From a virus: 64,000 nucleotides of DNA. The position numbers and the translations under genes were made by a program. The notes beneath the pieces are model-generated. The model was not told the DNA's origin. It ran no database searches and worked only from the letters and a program-made list of their open reading frames with translations. Below are positions 29,105 through 37,092 of the stretch, in pieces. Where the stretch lies: IMG/VR virus record IMGVR_UViG_3300033149_002975, positions 38,812-102,811 of that record; one strand, given 5' to 3'. Positions within the stretch are counted from its first letter, which is position 1. Every line of letters starts with the position of its first letter.

Positions 29105-29365
29105 TTAATTCCGGTCGTACCAAAGTAGGTGCCCTGCCACTACGCCTATTGCCCAAGGAGCAAAAGTTTCTGAACCACCAAATAACCACCAAACTATGAA
29201 TCCAACGATAACCAATATTATCTTGTCGATCCAATTTGGCAGTAAGTCGTGGTATAATCGAGAAATTGTTGGCTGTTTCTTATAAACTCTATATAAATCA
29301 TAAACAGCCAACGCCGCCAACAACACTATAAAAAGCCAAGAAATAATCATCTCTTTTTTCTCCAA
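29105..29365 (-). CDS. Small 3-TM membrane protein (holin candidate)
   Basis: Three hydrophobic helices in 86 aa. Confidence 0.4.
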   Translation of the reverse strand: MEKKEMIISWLFIVLLAALAVYDLYRVYKKQPTISRLYHDLLPNWIDKIILVIVGFIVWWLFGGSETFAPWAIGVVAGHLLWYDRN

Positions 29366-29366
29366 A

Positions 29367-29395
29367 ATCCCTGAAAGGGGGGGATTTCAGGGATC
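29367..29395. terminator. Hairpin, possible terminator or translational control element
   Basis: ATCCCTGAAA...TTTCAGGGAT 10-bp stem. Confidence 0.45.
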
Positions 29396-29397
29396 AT

Positions 29398-29631
29398 TTA
29401 TTGCATTCCGCGACAATCCTTGTAGAAACAACAATTTTTATATGGACAAACATCGCCAGCCTTTAGTTCACCGTAACAAACGGTATTGCCTTCTACTCTC
29501 TGGATTTCACGAATTGCTGAAAATTTGTTCATACCTTCAGTATTTATGCCCAAATATTTTGCCTTATCTTTTATCCAGTCCGGGATTTCCAATGAAAAAT
29601 CCTCTTCCGATAAACAATAAAAACTAAACAT
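29398..29631 (-). CDS. SAP-like domain plus Cys-rich small protein
   Basis: IKDKAKYLGI..IREIQRVEGNTVCYG..CPYKNCCFYKDC. Confidence 0.55.
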   Translation of the reverse strand: MFSFYCLSEEDFSLEIPDWIKDKAKYLGINTEGMNKFSAIREIQRVEGNTVCYGELKAGDVCPYKNCCFYKDCRGMQ

Positions 29632-29654
29632 CCTGTACCATCATACTATTTCAA

Positions 29655-30062
29655 TTACGTATCTTGGTGTTTTTGATCAAACAACACAGTTCTGGGTTTA
29701 ATTGGTCCTTCAAAAACTTTTGATACCTCATTCTTGTTTTTACGCAATAAATACAAAATATGATTGGCTAAATGCCTGGCAACTTTTGCCTCCAATATTA
29801 CCATATCGGCCCACAACGACCCACCGTTCAATATTCTCCACGCGTATTTTATACGTTCCCACATGGATAATCCGTCCCCATCAAATTTTGGATTACACGC
29901 CCAAAACGATATATCAAAGAATGGTCCCCCTTTGCAGCCCTCAAGTTCCACGTCTTTGGAAATACTAACTGTCAACCCTTCACCGGCACAATCACACGGG
30001 AAAAATTTTGTAACTTTGTCAATCATGATTTCACCTTCCTTTTCTTGGTTTTGGTTCTTCAA
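29655..30062 (-). CDS. Hypothetical phage protein
   Basis: CDC..E and LSMWERIKYAWRIL; the true start is probably MIDKV. Confidence 0.5.
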   Translation of the reverse strand: MKNQNQEKEGEIMIDKVTKFFPCDCAGEGLTVSISKDVELEGCKGGPFFDISFWACNPKFDGDGLSMWERIKYAWRILNGGSLWADMVILEAKVARHLANHILYLLRKNKNEVSKVFEGPIKPRTVLFDQKHQDT

Positions 30063-30630
30063 AAACTTTTAACAGTTTATCTATCAATTCAACCTGTTCA
30101 TCGGAGAAATGCCAACGAACGTCTTTTTGTTTATTAAACCATTCTCTTGCAGTGTTTGTTCCAAGTTCTTCAGACATAGCTTGCCAATCCGCCACCATTT
30201 CTGCAATGTCCAAATCCGGCATTGCGGAAGCGTCAACTACGTGCTCCGATTTGTCGCGATCCTCCGCCGACAAATTAACCTGTGATTTATCCAACACGTG
30301 GAACTCAGGGTGGTGGGAATTCGTCATTATATGATGTAACGTCGCTTTTCTTTCCTCTTCCGTCTGGGATTTGTCGCCGTGGGCTTTTTTCCAAATTATT
30401 TCTATATACGGAGTTAATTCCGGTTCTTCAAATTTCGAGGCGTCGTGGACTTTTGCTCTCTGTATTAACTCTTTAAATTCAGGATATGCATCGACTATTT
30501 TTTCACACGCACGTTTCACCAATGCTATGTGCTTTTTCGTTCTATTGACAAAGAATTTATATTTTTCGTCCTTCAAATTCTTCCTGTCGTTGGCTTCAGT
30601 TAGTCTTTTTAGTAATCTATCAAACATCAT
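30031..30630 (-). CDS. HD-like phosphohydrolase (DUF5662-like) with leader
   Basis: H..V, HDASKF, HH..NSHHPE, EMVADW; leader MMFDRLLKRLTE-A. Confidence 0.75.
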   Translation of the reverse strand: MMFDRLLKRLTEANDRKNLKDEKYKFFVNRTKKHIALVKRACEKIVDAYPEFKELIQRAKVHDASKFEEPELTPYIEIIWKKAHGDKSQTEEERKATLHHIMTNSHHPEFHVLDKSQVNLSAEDRDKSEHVVDASAMPDLDIAEMVADWQAMSEELGTNTAREWFNKQKDVRWHFSDEQVELIDKLLKVFEEPKPRKGR

Positions 30631-30857
30631 TCATCCGGTCTTTCACCAAATAAAGATATACGTATAGATTGGCAGGCGTCAATATAATCTTCACTCATAT
30701 GTTTTTCTTGTAAATTATTTGATGAAAATTTGTGTTTTCCACGCCAAAAAGTAATAAAATGATCAAGATATGCTCTCACATTCTTTTTGGTAAATTTCAC
30801 AGTCATTACATTATCAATTTTAACCGTATCATGTGGTTTCATCAGGCTTTGTTTCAT
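30627..30857 (-). CDS. Hypothetical protein
   Basis: 76 aa; YIDACQSIRISLFGE. Confidence 0.45.
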   Translation of the reverse strand: MKQSLMKPHDTVKIDNVMTVKFTKKNVRAYLDHFITFWRGKHKFSSNNLQEKHMSEDYIDACQSIRISLFGERPDE

Positions 30858-32586
30858 TTAACACTTTTTCTTCCACAACTTTTACATTTTCGTATAAAGA
30901 TTTCCAATGAGCCATATGCCGTTCATCAAAAAATTTCCCACCGGCATTCTCATTTAACGGTAAATAAGACATTAAATCAGAATTTGTAATACCACGAGCC
31001 GCAACTCGTCTGGCCTCTTCCAAATCGGCATCTTTTGCTTCAACCAACGACTCATTGGACAATACGTCGGGATTTGCTGGCTGTACTTTATTCAGTAAGA
31101 AATTGTTCAAATCAAAATCTTCCAACTTTAAAATCTTTTTATTTAAATAATCAATAATTTTCTTTCTATCTATTGTGTGGTCGGGATCTGCAGCATCTAT
31201 TGTATCAAGCATTTTTTGTACTACTTCCATTCCTTTATTTAATGAATCACGGGCTTGCTCTTCTTCTGCAGTCGATCCCTCATTCATACACACATCAAAC
31301 AGCGCTGGGTCCGGATCCATGTTCATATACGCAAGATGTATCTGACAAATTCTCTTTATAGCTTCCTTTAACGCCCTCTGCAATCTTCTGGCGGCCCTGG
31401 CAAATCCTATATCCAATTTTTCTATGGCTTCCGAACCCAAAGGTCCCGTTGCCTCTTTCGTATATCCGCCCAACAGTGATAGTGGGACGCGCAATGTACA
31501 GGCTAATTGCTGCCGCAATTCTTCGACGTCAACAATCCATCTAATATCAACATCTCCCCCTATCTTTTCCACGCTCAAATCATTAGTAGAATCGCCCCAT
31601 ACTGGAATTATTAAATCCTCATTGTTTGCCAATACCGAAAATTTGGAATCAAAATTTGGGGAGTTATCCGAAGTGTCCAATGCCCTGGCCTTTTTCAATA
31701 TTCCGGTCATTTGACTCATCAAAGCTTCCGTAGCTTCCGCATTTTGGGAATTAACGCGCAATTTCCATATATAACGAAGAATTCCCCTTGTTAATCGGGC
31801 CATCAATAAGGAATCCTCAGCTAATCTTAATCTCTTATAGGTGGGCAATGCGTCGACCAACAATGACACACCGTATCTTGAAGATATTTGGCGGGTATCA
31901 ATACCCGTCATCATATGCATAGTTCGAAATTCTGCATACATTGGGTCGCCGTATACCGAACGTTTTCTTTTCGCTCCCATAAGACGTGCATGAACCCACT
32001 GCCAGGGGGGAATTATTGCTTGTGGGCTGCTGCTCATTGAATTACCCTGTGGTGTTTTATAAAATCCTATTAGACACCCTTCGTGATCAATTCTTGAAAT
32101 ATTAAGTGGGTGCTCGTCATCGTTTATTGATACAATCCCTAGTTCTGGTTGTCCTTTTACTTCTAGAAATAAATCACCATAACCACCAACTGTCCATCCC
32201 CAATCCAATATTCTCTCTTCAATCCCTATTCGCTCAAGAAGTTTTGTTAGTTCCTTTTGATATTTGGAAGATTTGGAGGTGATCCAAACCGACGCGTTGT
32301 GCAATTGGTTAAAACTTGTTGCGTAGTCTGCGTACAAACCCAAAGCCGGACCCACAAACCAATGTTCCAGAGCTTTAGTAACTTCGGTGTAGAACCTCGA
32401 CCTATCATAATTTATGGTGGTCTCCAGCTCTATCTTCTTTGATAATTCGGAAAGCGTCATTCCCAGCTTGGAGATGATCTTGATTTCTTCCTTTGATAGC
32501 TTGCCTTTTAGTTGGGAAGCCGGGATTGATAAAGGTTTTGGGGTTAACTTCTGGAGTAATTTGAAAGGGTTGCCCGGTATTTTCAT
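30829..32586 (-). CDS. Portal protein (T4 gp20-like)
   Basis: YGDLFL, VHARL, RYGVSLL, LRLAEDSLLMARLTR, LACTLRVPLSLL, FARAARRLQ. Confidence 0.9.
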   Translation of the reverse strand: MKIPGNPFKLLQKLTPKPLSIPASQLKGKLSKEEIKIISKLGMTLSELSKKIELETTINYDRSRFYTEVTKALEHWFVGPALGLYADYATSFNQLHNASVWITSKSSKYQKELTKLLERIGIEERILDWGWTVGGYGDLFLEVKGQPELGIVSINDDEHPLNISRIDHEGCLIGFYKTPQGNSMSSSPQAIIPPWQWVHARLMGAKRKRSVYGDPMYAEFRTMHMMTGIDTRQISSRYGVSLLVDALPTYKRLRLAEDSLLMARLTRGILRYIWKLRVNSQNAEATEALMSQMTGILKKARALDTSDNSPNFDSKFSVLANNEDLIIPVWGDSTNDLSVEKIGGDVDIRWIVDVEELRQQLACTLRVPLSLLGGYTKEATGPLGSEAIEKLDIGFARAARRLQRALKEAIKRICQIHLAYMNMDPDPALFDVCMNEGSTAEEEQARDSLNKGMEVVQKMLDTIDAADPDHTIDRKKIIDYLNKKILKLEDFDLNNFLLNKVQPANPDVLSNESLVEAKDADLEEARRVAARGITNSDLMSYLPLNENAGGKFFDERHMAHWKSLYENVKVVEEKVLNETKPDETT

Positions 32587-32764
32587 TGATTTTTCCTATG
32601 AAAGAGGGAATTCTCTATTTAATAAAAAAAGTTCGTGGATAATAATAATAGTCTATTGGAACCCCCAATTAAGAAACAAGATGTCGGGAACGTTAGGAAC
32701 GTTACGAACGTTACCGCCGGAATATATCAAAGCTTCCGGGAGTACGGGGAATACAGGGGAAGAC

Positions 32765-32793
32765 TTGCAGGAACGCTTCCTGTATATTATAAT
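32765..32793 (+). promoter_or_regulatory. Sigma70-type early promoter, copy 1
   Basis: TTGCAG-17 bp-TATAAT, then GAAAGGGG RBS and ATG at 32815. Confidence 0.8.
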
Positions 32794-32814
32794 TTATATA
32801 GAAAGGGGTGAAAA

Positions 32815-33072
32815 ATGAAACTTCGACAAACATTAGCATATCCAGTCAACGGCTTTTGGTACGATGGTAAAAAACAAGTATTTGATTGGAAAATTGAAGG
32901 TGAACCGCAAACGGACGACAAAGGGAAATTTGTTCGTGTGGGTAGCTGGGAGGCTAATTTTTGGTTTAACGTCGCAATGGGACGTACCGAAAAATTGACC
33001 CTTAGCTATGCAAAACGGCGTTTGCAGTCGGGTACTCAAATCCCAAGTACGTTTGAATATATTGATGATTAA
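32815..33072 (+). CDS. Early hypothetical protein
   Basis: Promoter and RBS directly upstream. Confidence 0.65.
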   Translation: MKLRQTLAYPVNGFWYDGKKQVFDWKIEGEPQTDDKGKFVRVGSWEANFWFNVAMGRTEKLTLSYAKRRLQSGTQIPSTFEYIDD

Positions 33073-33267
33073 TTGAAAGATGGGACAATGACAGAACAAG
33101 AAGCGTATGAACAGTACGACGAAATGCTCAACGAATTATATCCATTGGACGGGATACATTGCAACCCATTCTCAACGCTACTCAAAGCGGGGGACCAAAT
33201 AGGATATCACGAGGGATTTTTAAATTGGTGTGATTCACAGGGCATCAACACCGATGAACTGGAATGA
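33073..33267 (+). CDS. Early hypothetical protein
   Basis: YDEMLNELY..LLKAGD.IGY..F.NWCD, a small-phage-protein pattern. Confidence 0.55.
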   Translation: MKDGTMTEQEAYEQYDEMLNELYPLDGIHCNPFSTLLKAGDQIGYHEGFLNWCDSQGINTDELE

Positions 33268-33285
33268 TCCAGGATATACTGTATT

Positions 33286-33460
33286 GAATGAAATGAAGAT
33301 ATATATGGTTGTTGGGGGTTACCCTACCTATTTCCCTCCAAATAAAAATAAAATTTTTATGGTATATTCATTCCGGAATGAAATTATGATAATTCCGGAA
33401 TGAAATATATATATTGTCGTGAATGAAGATATATAGTTGTGTATTTAATACGGGAATGAA
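33286..33460. repeat. GAATGAA repeat array containing a 16-bp palindrome (candidate origin or operator)
   Basis: GAATGAA at 33286, 33376, 33398, 33421 and 33454; TTCATTCCGGAATGAA at 33367-33382. Confidence 0.65.
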
Positions 33461-33527
33461 ATTATGACGATACGATTTGGAGAAATCATATTTATTGTCA
33501 AAATTGTCTAAACGTATAATTAATAAT

Positions 33528-33642
33528 GGCCAGTGGTATCCAAGTGGTTTAAGGAACTTTAATTGATCGGTTAAGTATGTCTTCGAAGCATACACCGAAA
33601 TGCTATGAAGTTTTTCACTGGTTCGAATCCAGTCCACTGGCC
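33528..33642 (+). ncRNA. tRNA-like RNA with a greatly extended anticodon arm (possible intron-containing tRNA)
   Basis: GGCCAGTGG/CCACTGGCC acceptor stem, D loop AGTGG, T arm ACTGG-TTCGAAT-CCAGT; TATAAT 7 nt upstream. Confidence 0.7.
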
Positions 33643-33669
33643 TTTGTTAAAATCAATGGGGGTTTATAG

Positions 33670-33816
33670 ATGAAGCCAGGTAAAGAATCAAAAAATTCAA
33701 TAGTCATCAAGTGCTCAAAATGCGGAAACGTTCAAAGAGTAAGAAAAGGCAGCCAATGCCACATTAAAGAATTATGTGGGAGATGCTGCTCGATGATGCA
33801 AGGGATAAAGCAATGA
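33670..33816 (+). CDS. Small Zn-ribbon protein (48 aa)
   Basis: Hand translation: CSKCG..LCGRC; GGGGG upstream. Confidence 0.45.
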   Translation: MKPGKESKNSIVIKCSKCGNVQRVRKGSQCHIKELCGRCCSMMQGIKQ

Positions 33817-33860
33817 TTACAACGAGACGATTCAGCAGACTATGATTTAAATGAAAAGAC

Positions 33861-33889
33861 TTGCACAGAGACTTTCCGTATATTATAAT
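33861..33889 (+). promoter_or_regulatory. Sigma70-type early promoter, copy 2
   Basis: TTGCAC-17 bp-TATAAT; downstream sequence shared with copy 1. Confidence 0.8.
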
Positions 33890-33911
33890 TTATATAGAAA
33901 GGACATTTATT

Positions 33912-34409
33912 ATGAATTTACCACAATTAATTGTTCGTGGATATGAAATAAAACCAGGCGCCGATTTGCAAGGTGCCAATTTACAGGGCGCCAATTTGTC
34001 GGGTGTCAATCTCTGGATCGCTAATTTACACGACGCTGATTTACGGGGTGCCGATTTGTCCGGCGCCAATTTGCAGTATACTGATTTATATCACGCCGAT
34101 TTACACGATGCCAGTTTAAATAACGCCCGTTTGCAGAATGCCATTTTATGGGGCGCCAATCTGTGGAATGCCGATCTGCAAGGTGCCGACCTACGTGGTG
34201 CCAATTTGAAAGGAGCCAATTTACAATACACCGATTTACGGGATGTTGATTTACGAGGTGCCTATTTGCGGGGTGCTGATTTACAGCGTGCCGATTTACA
34301 CGATGCAGATTTGCGAAACGCCGATCTACGAGGTGCTGATTTACGTGGAGCCAAAATGCCAAAAGATGAATTACTGAAAGGCGCCAATTTACAGGGAGCC
34401 AGATTATGA
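33912..34409 (+). CDS. Pentapeptide-repeat protein (stand-alone, early)
   Basis: ATG at 33912 after GAAAGGA; continuous A[DN]LxG repeats. Confidence 0.9.
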   Translation: MNLPQLIVRGYEIKPGADLQGANLQGANLSGVNLWIANLHDADLRGADLSGANLQYTDLYHADLHDASLNNARLQNAILWGANLWNADLQGADLRGANLKGANLQYTDLRDVDLRGAYLRGADLQRADLHDADLRNADLRGADLRGAKMPKDELLKGANLQGARL

Positions 34410-34585
34410 AAGCCAAAACAAACGGAGCAAATTGGATTAAGGTGCCGGTTTGGACCGATTTAATATTGCAGGGTAAACGTCGTCCATTCAGAACTGCATT
34501 TAAAACCAAGAAAATATTTGGTGACAAATATTATGCAACAGTCATTATGCCACCCGATTTGGAAAAGTAATTGGAGTTAATTATT

Positions 34586-34777
34586 ATGTTTTTGGATGAT
34601 GTTGGCGGCGTTGATTTTTCGTGCAAAAATTTGCCGAACAATAAACCAATAACAGATTTTGATTTGGTATGGGTTGCTGATATTATAACAGAACTTCCTA
34701 TATCAACATTACTTCCAATAGAATTTGTAAGGTTAGTTAATTCTTTATACGATGATTCGTTGTTTACTGGAGAATAA
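34586..34777 (+). CDS. Hypothetical protein, paralog of 62771..63037
   Basis: MFLDDVGGVDFSC.NLP.NKPIT shared; GGAG RBS. Confidence 0.6.
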   Translation: MFLDDVGGVDFSCKNLPNNKPITDFDLVWVADIITELPISTLLPIEFVRLVNSLYDDSLFTGE

Positions 34778-34779
34778 AA

Positions 34780-34974
34780 ATGGGCGTTAAATTGGTTACA
34801 GGTTCAATACCAACCCAACAAACCCAAGGGTTAACATATTGTAGACCGGAGAAAAAAGGTAAAGGTTCTCTTGGGAGAACAAGTGATAAATGGTGCAGTT
34901 GTGGGTTCAAAAGACGTGGACCAAATCACGATTGTGGAAACCACCACAAGGGAATAAAAATGAACCGCCGGTAA
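34780..34974 (+). CDS. Small basic Cys/His protein
   Basis: CSCGFKRRGPNHDCGNHH. Confidence 0.5.
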   Translation: MGVKLVTGSIPTQQTQGLTYCRPEKKGKGSLGRTSDKWCSCGFKRRGPNHDCGNHHKGIKMNRR

Positions 34975-35027
34975 AAAAATAATATTGAGAAATGTGGGGG
35001 TGAATTGGTCGAATTGGAGAATAAATT

Positions 35028-35357
35028 ATGAGATGTTTTCAGTTAATGGGGTTAACTCCTGAAGCGGAAAATTTTCTTTCTGTGAATTGTGCCACAGAGC
35101 CAGATATGAATAGTTTATGTCCACACTGCGGCAAGCCAACAAAAGAACAACGCATTGTACTGGGTGTTAAACACGTCGAGTCATTTTATACTGACGGCCC
35201 GGACCTGCATACTTATAAATTAAAGGATGGTCGAATAATTAAAGAAATTATACAGGCAGAACCTTGGTCGTCCGGTCCTGTATCTTTTTTGTGTCTTGAA
35301 TTAGAAGATGGCACAAGAATTGGTGAATGGTCACAGGAAGAAATTGATAATGTATGA
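35028..35357 (+). CDS. Hypothetical protein with CPHC motif
   Basis: GGAG RBS; QAEPWSSGP..FL.L motif. Confidence 0.55.
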   Translation: MRCFQLMGLTPEAENFLSVNCATEPDMNSLCPHCGKPTKEQRIVLGVKHVESFYTDGPDLHTYKLKDGRIIKEIIQAEPWSSGPVSFLCLELEDGTRIGEWSQEEIDNV

Positions 35358-35510
35358 AATTGGAATATAAATAATTATTATAATGCTGGCGGTGGAATCA
35401 TATTAATATTATTAAATTAAAAATATATATGTAGCCAATGGCTACAGCCGCCAGCAGCAATTATTTAATGAAAATTTTAATTCAAACGTATAATTAAATA
35501 AAAGGCAAGT

Positions 35511-36566
35511 ATGAACAGAAGATTTCAAGGCGTCTGGCTTCCACGATGGTTATATCTACATAAAGATTTCACGTGGATTGAAAAAATACTCATTGTGGAA
35601 ATAAATTCATTAGACAAAGACAACAATGGTTGTTTCGCTTCCAACCAACATCTTGCTGAATTTTTGAATTCTACGGCCGGTCACGTAGCAAATGTTATAT
35701 CAAAATTGAGAAAATTAGGATATATAAAAGATATAGAATCAAAAGACAATAAACGACATATAAAATTATCCGATGAATTAAAATTAAAATTAGGTTGTTA
35801 TGAATGTGAAACTAAGAATAACAATCATTCAATAAAAAACCAAACAGAAGATGTAGTTGATGAAATAGAAATTTCACCAATAGCAGACGAAGAGAAACAA
35901 GAATTTGTACTTAAAGGACCAAAGAATAAAGAATCGGTAGAATTAATATTTGATTTCTGGAATCAATACAAAGGACGGTCGCCGTGGAAATCACACAAAA
36001 AAATATCGTATGATATGTCAATAGCCATAAATGAAGCATTAAAGCACTACAGCGTTCAAGAAATTTGTACGGCCATTGATAATTATGCCGAAATTCTATT
36101 AAATGACAAATATTATTGGTCGCACGCTTGGTCATTATCAACATTTCTTTCAGTAAAAAATGGAATAACAAAAGACGCGCCTAAAAAATGGTACCAATTT
36201 TTACAGGAAAATTTCGTAAAAGAAGAATATTTGATAGAAAAACCAACCAAAAATATTAATGACAGTGAATATGATCAAAAATTGGTTAATGATTTGATAA
36301 AAGCTTATGGTTACCTGATAAACAATAAATCGTTTATCCCAAACCAGAGACAAAAACACAAATTTGTTGAATCATCAAAGATGGCAAAAGAATTTTTTGA
36401 AAGGTGTAAAATTCCAAAGGAAAATTGGGTTAAACATATAATGAACTGTCTGAATAATGTTTATGTAAATAAAGGTGAAGTGTTATATCCTGGACATTTT
36501 TCATCAGACAACACGTGGAATGTACTTCTTCCACAGTATATTGCAGAATTAGGAATTGGGGTATAG
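35511..36566 (+). CDS. Replication initiator-like protein with N-terminal winged HTH
   Basis: FQGVWLPR..EKILIVEINSLD..GCFASNQHLAEFL..ISKLRKLGYI; located upstream of DnaB. Confidence 0.75.
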   Translation: MNRRFQGVWLPRWLYLHKDFTWIEKILIVEINSLDKDNNGCFASNQHLAEFLNSTAGHVANVISKLRKLGYIKDIESKDNKRHIKLSDELKLKLGCYECETKNNNHSIKNQTEDVVDEIEISPIADEEKQEFVLKGPKNKESVELIFDFWNQYKGRSPWKSHKKISYDMSIAINEALKHYSVQEICTAIDNYAEILLNDKYYWSHAWSLSTFLSVKNGITKDAPKKWYQFLQENFVKEEYLIEKPTKNINDSEYDQKLVNDLIKAYGYLINNKSFIPNQRQKHKFVESSKMAKEFFERCKIPKENWVKHIMNCLNNVYVNKGEVLYPGHFSSDNTWNVLLPQYIAELGIGV

Positions 36567-36593
36567 AAAACATTTAAACGATAAGAAACAATA

Positions 36594-36998
36594 ATGGACG
36601 TATTATTTATAGATGATTCATTGGAAAGATACTACGAAATCAGTACGGCATTGATGGGTACTGATGCCACACTTGATCAGGCCAGAACCGCGAACGAAGC
36701 TTTAGAATATCTGGCCATACACAGATATGATTATATATTTCTTGATTATGATTTAGGAGAAAACGCCGGTTCCGGGAAAAAAGTTGCTAAATACATAGCA
36801 AAAAATATTGGAAAATTTGAAGAGTGTACAATTATTTTTCATTCTGCTAATACCGTTGGCTCCAAATATATGATAGATGAAATTACTAAAGCTATTATTA
36901 ACGTTGAAAGTTTTGGCAACCCAATGCACTTATTGCTTTATTATGTACCCCTTAAACACGCGGATAAATCAACGCTTGAATCAATAGGATTGTTATAA
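36594..36998 (+). CDS. Stand-alone receiver-like domain (cyclic-phosphate-processing receiver type)
   Basis: LFIDD..IFLDYDLG..G..VA..I..IFHSAN.VG..M. Confidence 0.7.
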   Translation: MDVLFIDDSLERYYEISTALMGTDATLDQARTANEALEYLAIHRYDYIFLDYDLGENAGSGKKVAKYIAKNIGKFEECTIIFHSANTVGSKYMIDEITKAIINVESFGNPMHLLLYYVPLKHADKSTLESIGLL

Positions 36999-37092
36999 TG
37001 AATAAAGATACAGTCGTATCACAATCCATACAGGATTCATTTTTTATCAGACAACACGTGGTTGGGTATAATTCAAACTTTGGGGATAAATA

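Noticed and set aside
476-32640. T4-type late promoter consensus upstream of structural genes
   Set aside because: Only generic AT-rich matches; no consistent motif could be supported by eye.
33286-33470. Possible CRISPR mini-array
   Set aside because: Repeats are only 7-14 bp with short irregular spacing, and no cas genes are present.
33368-33637. 89-aa minus-strand ORF
   Set aside because: Overlaps the tRNA-like RNA and repeat array and runs against the local gene direction.
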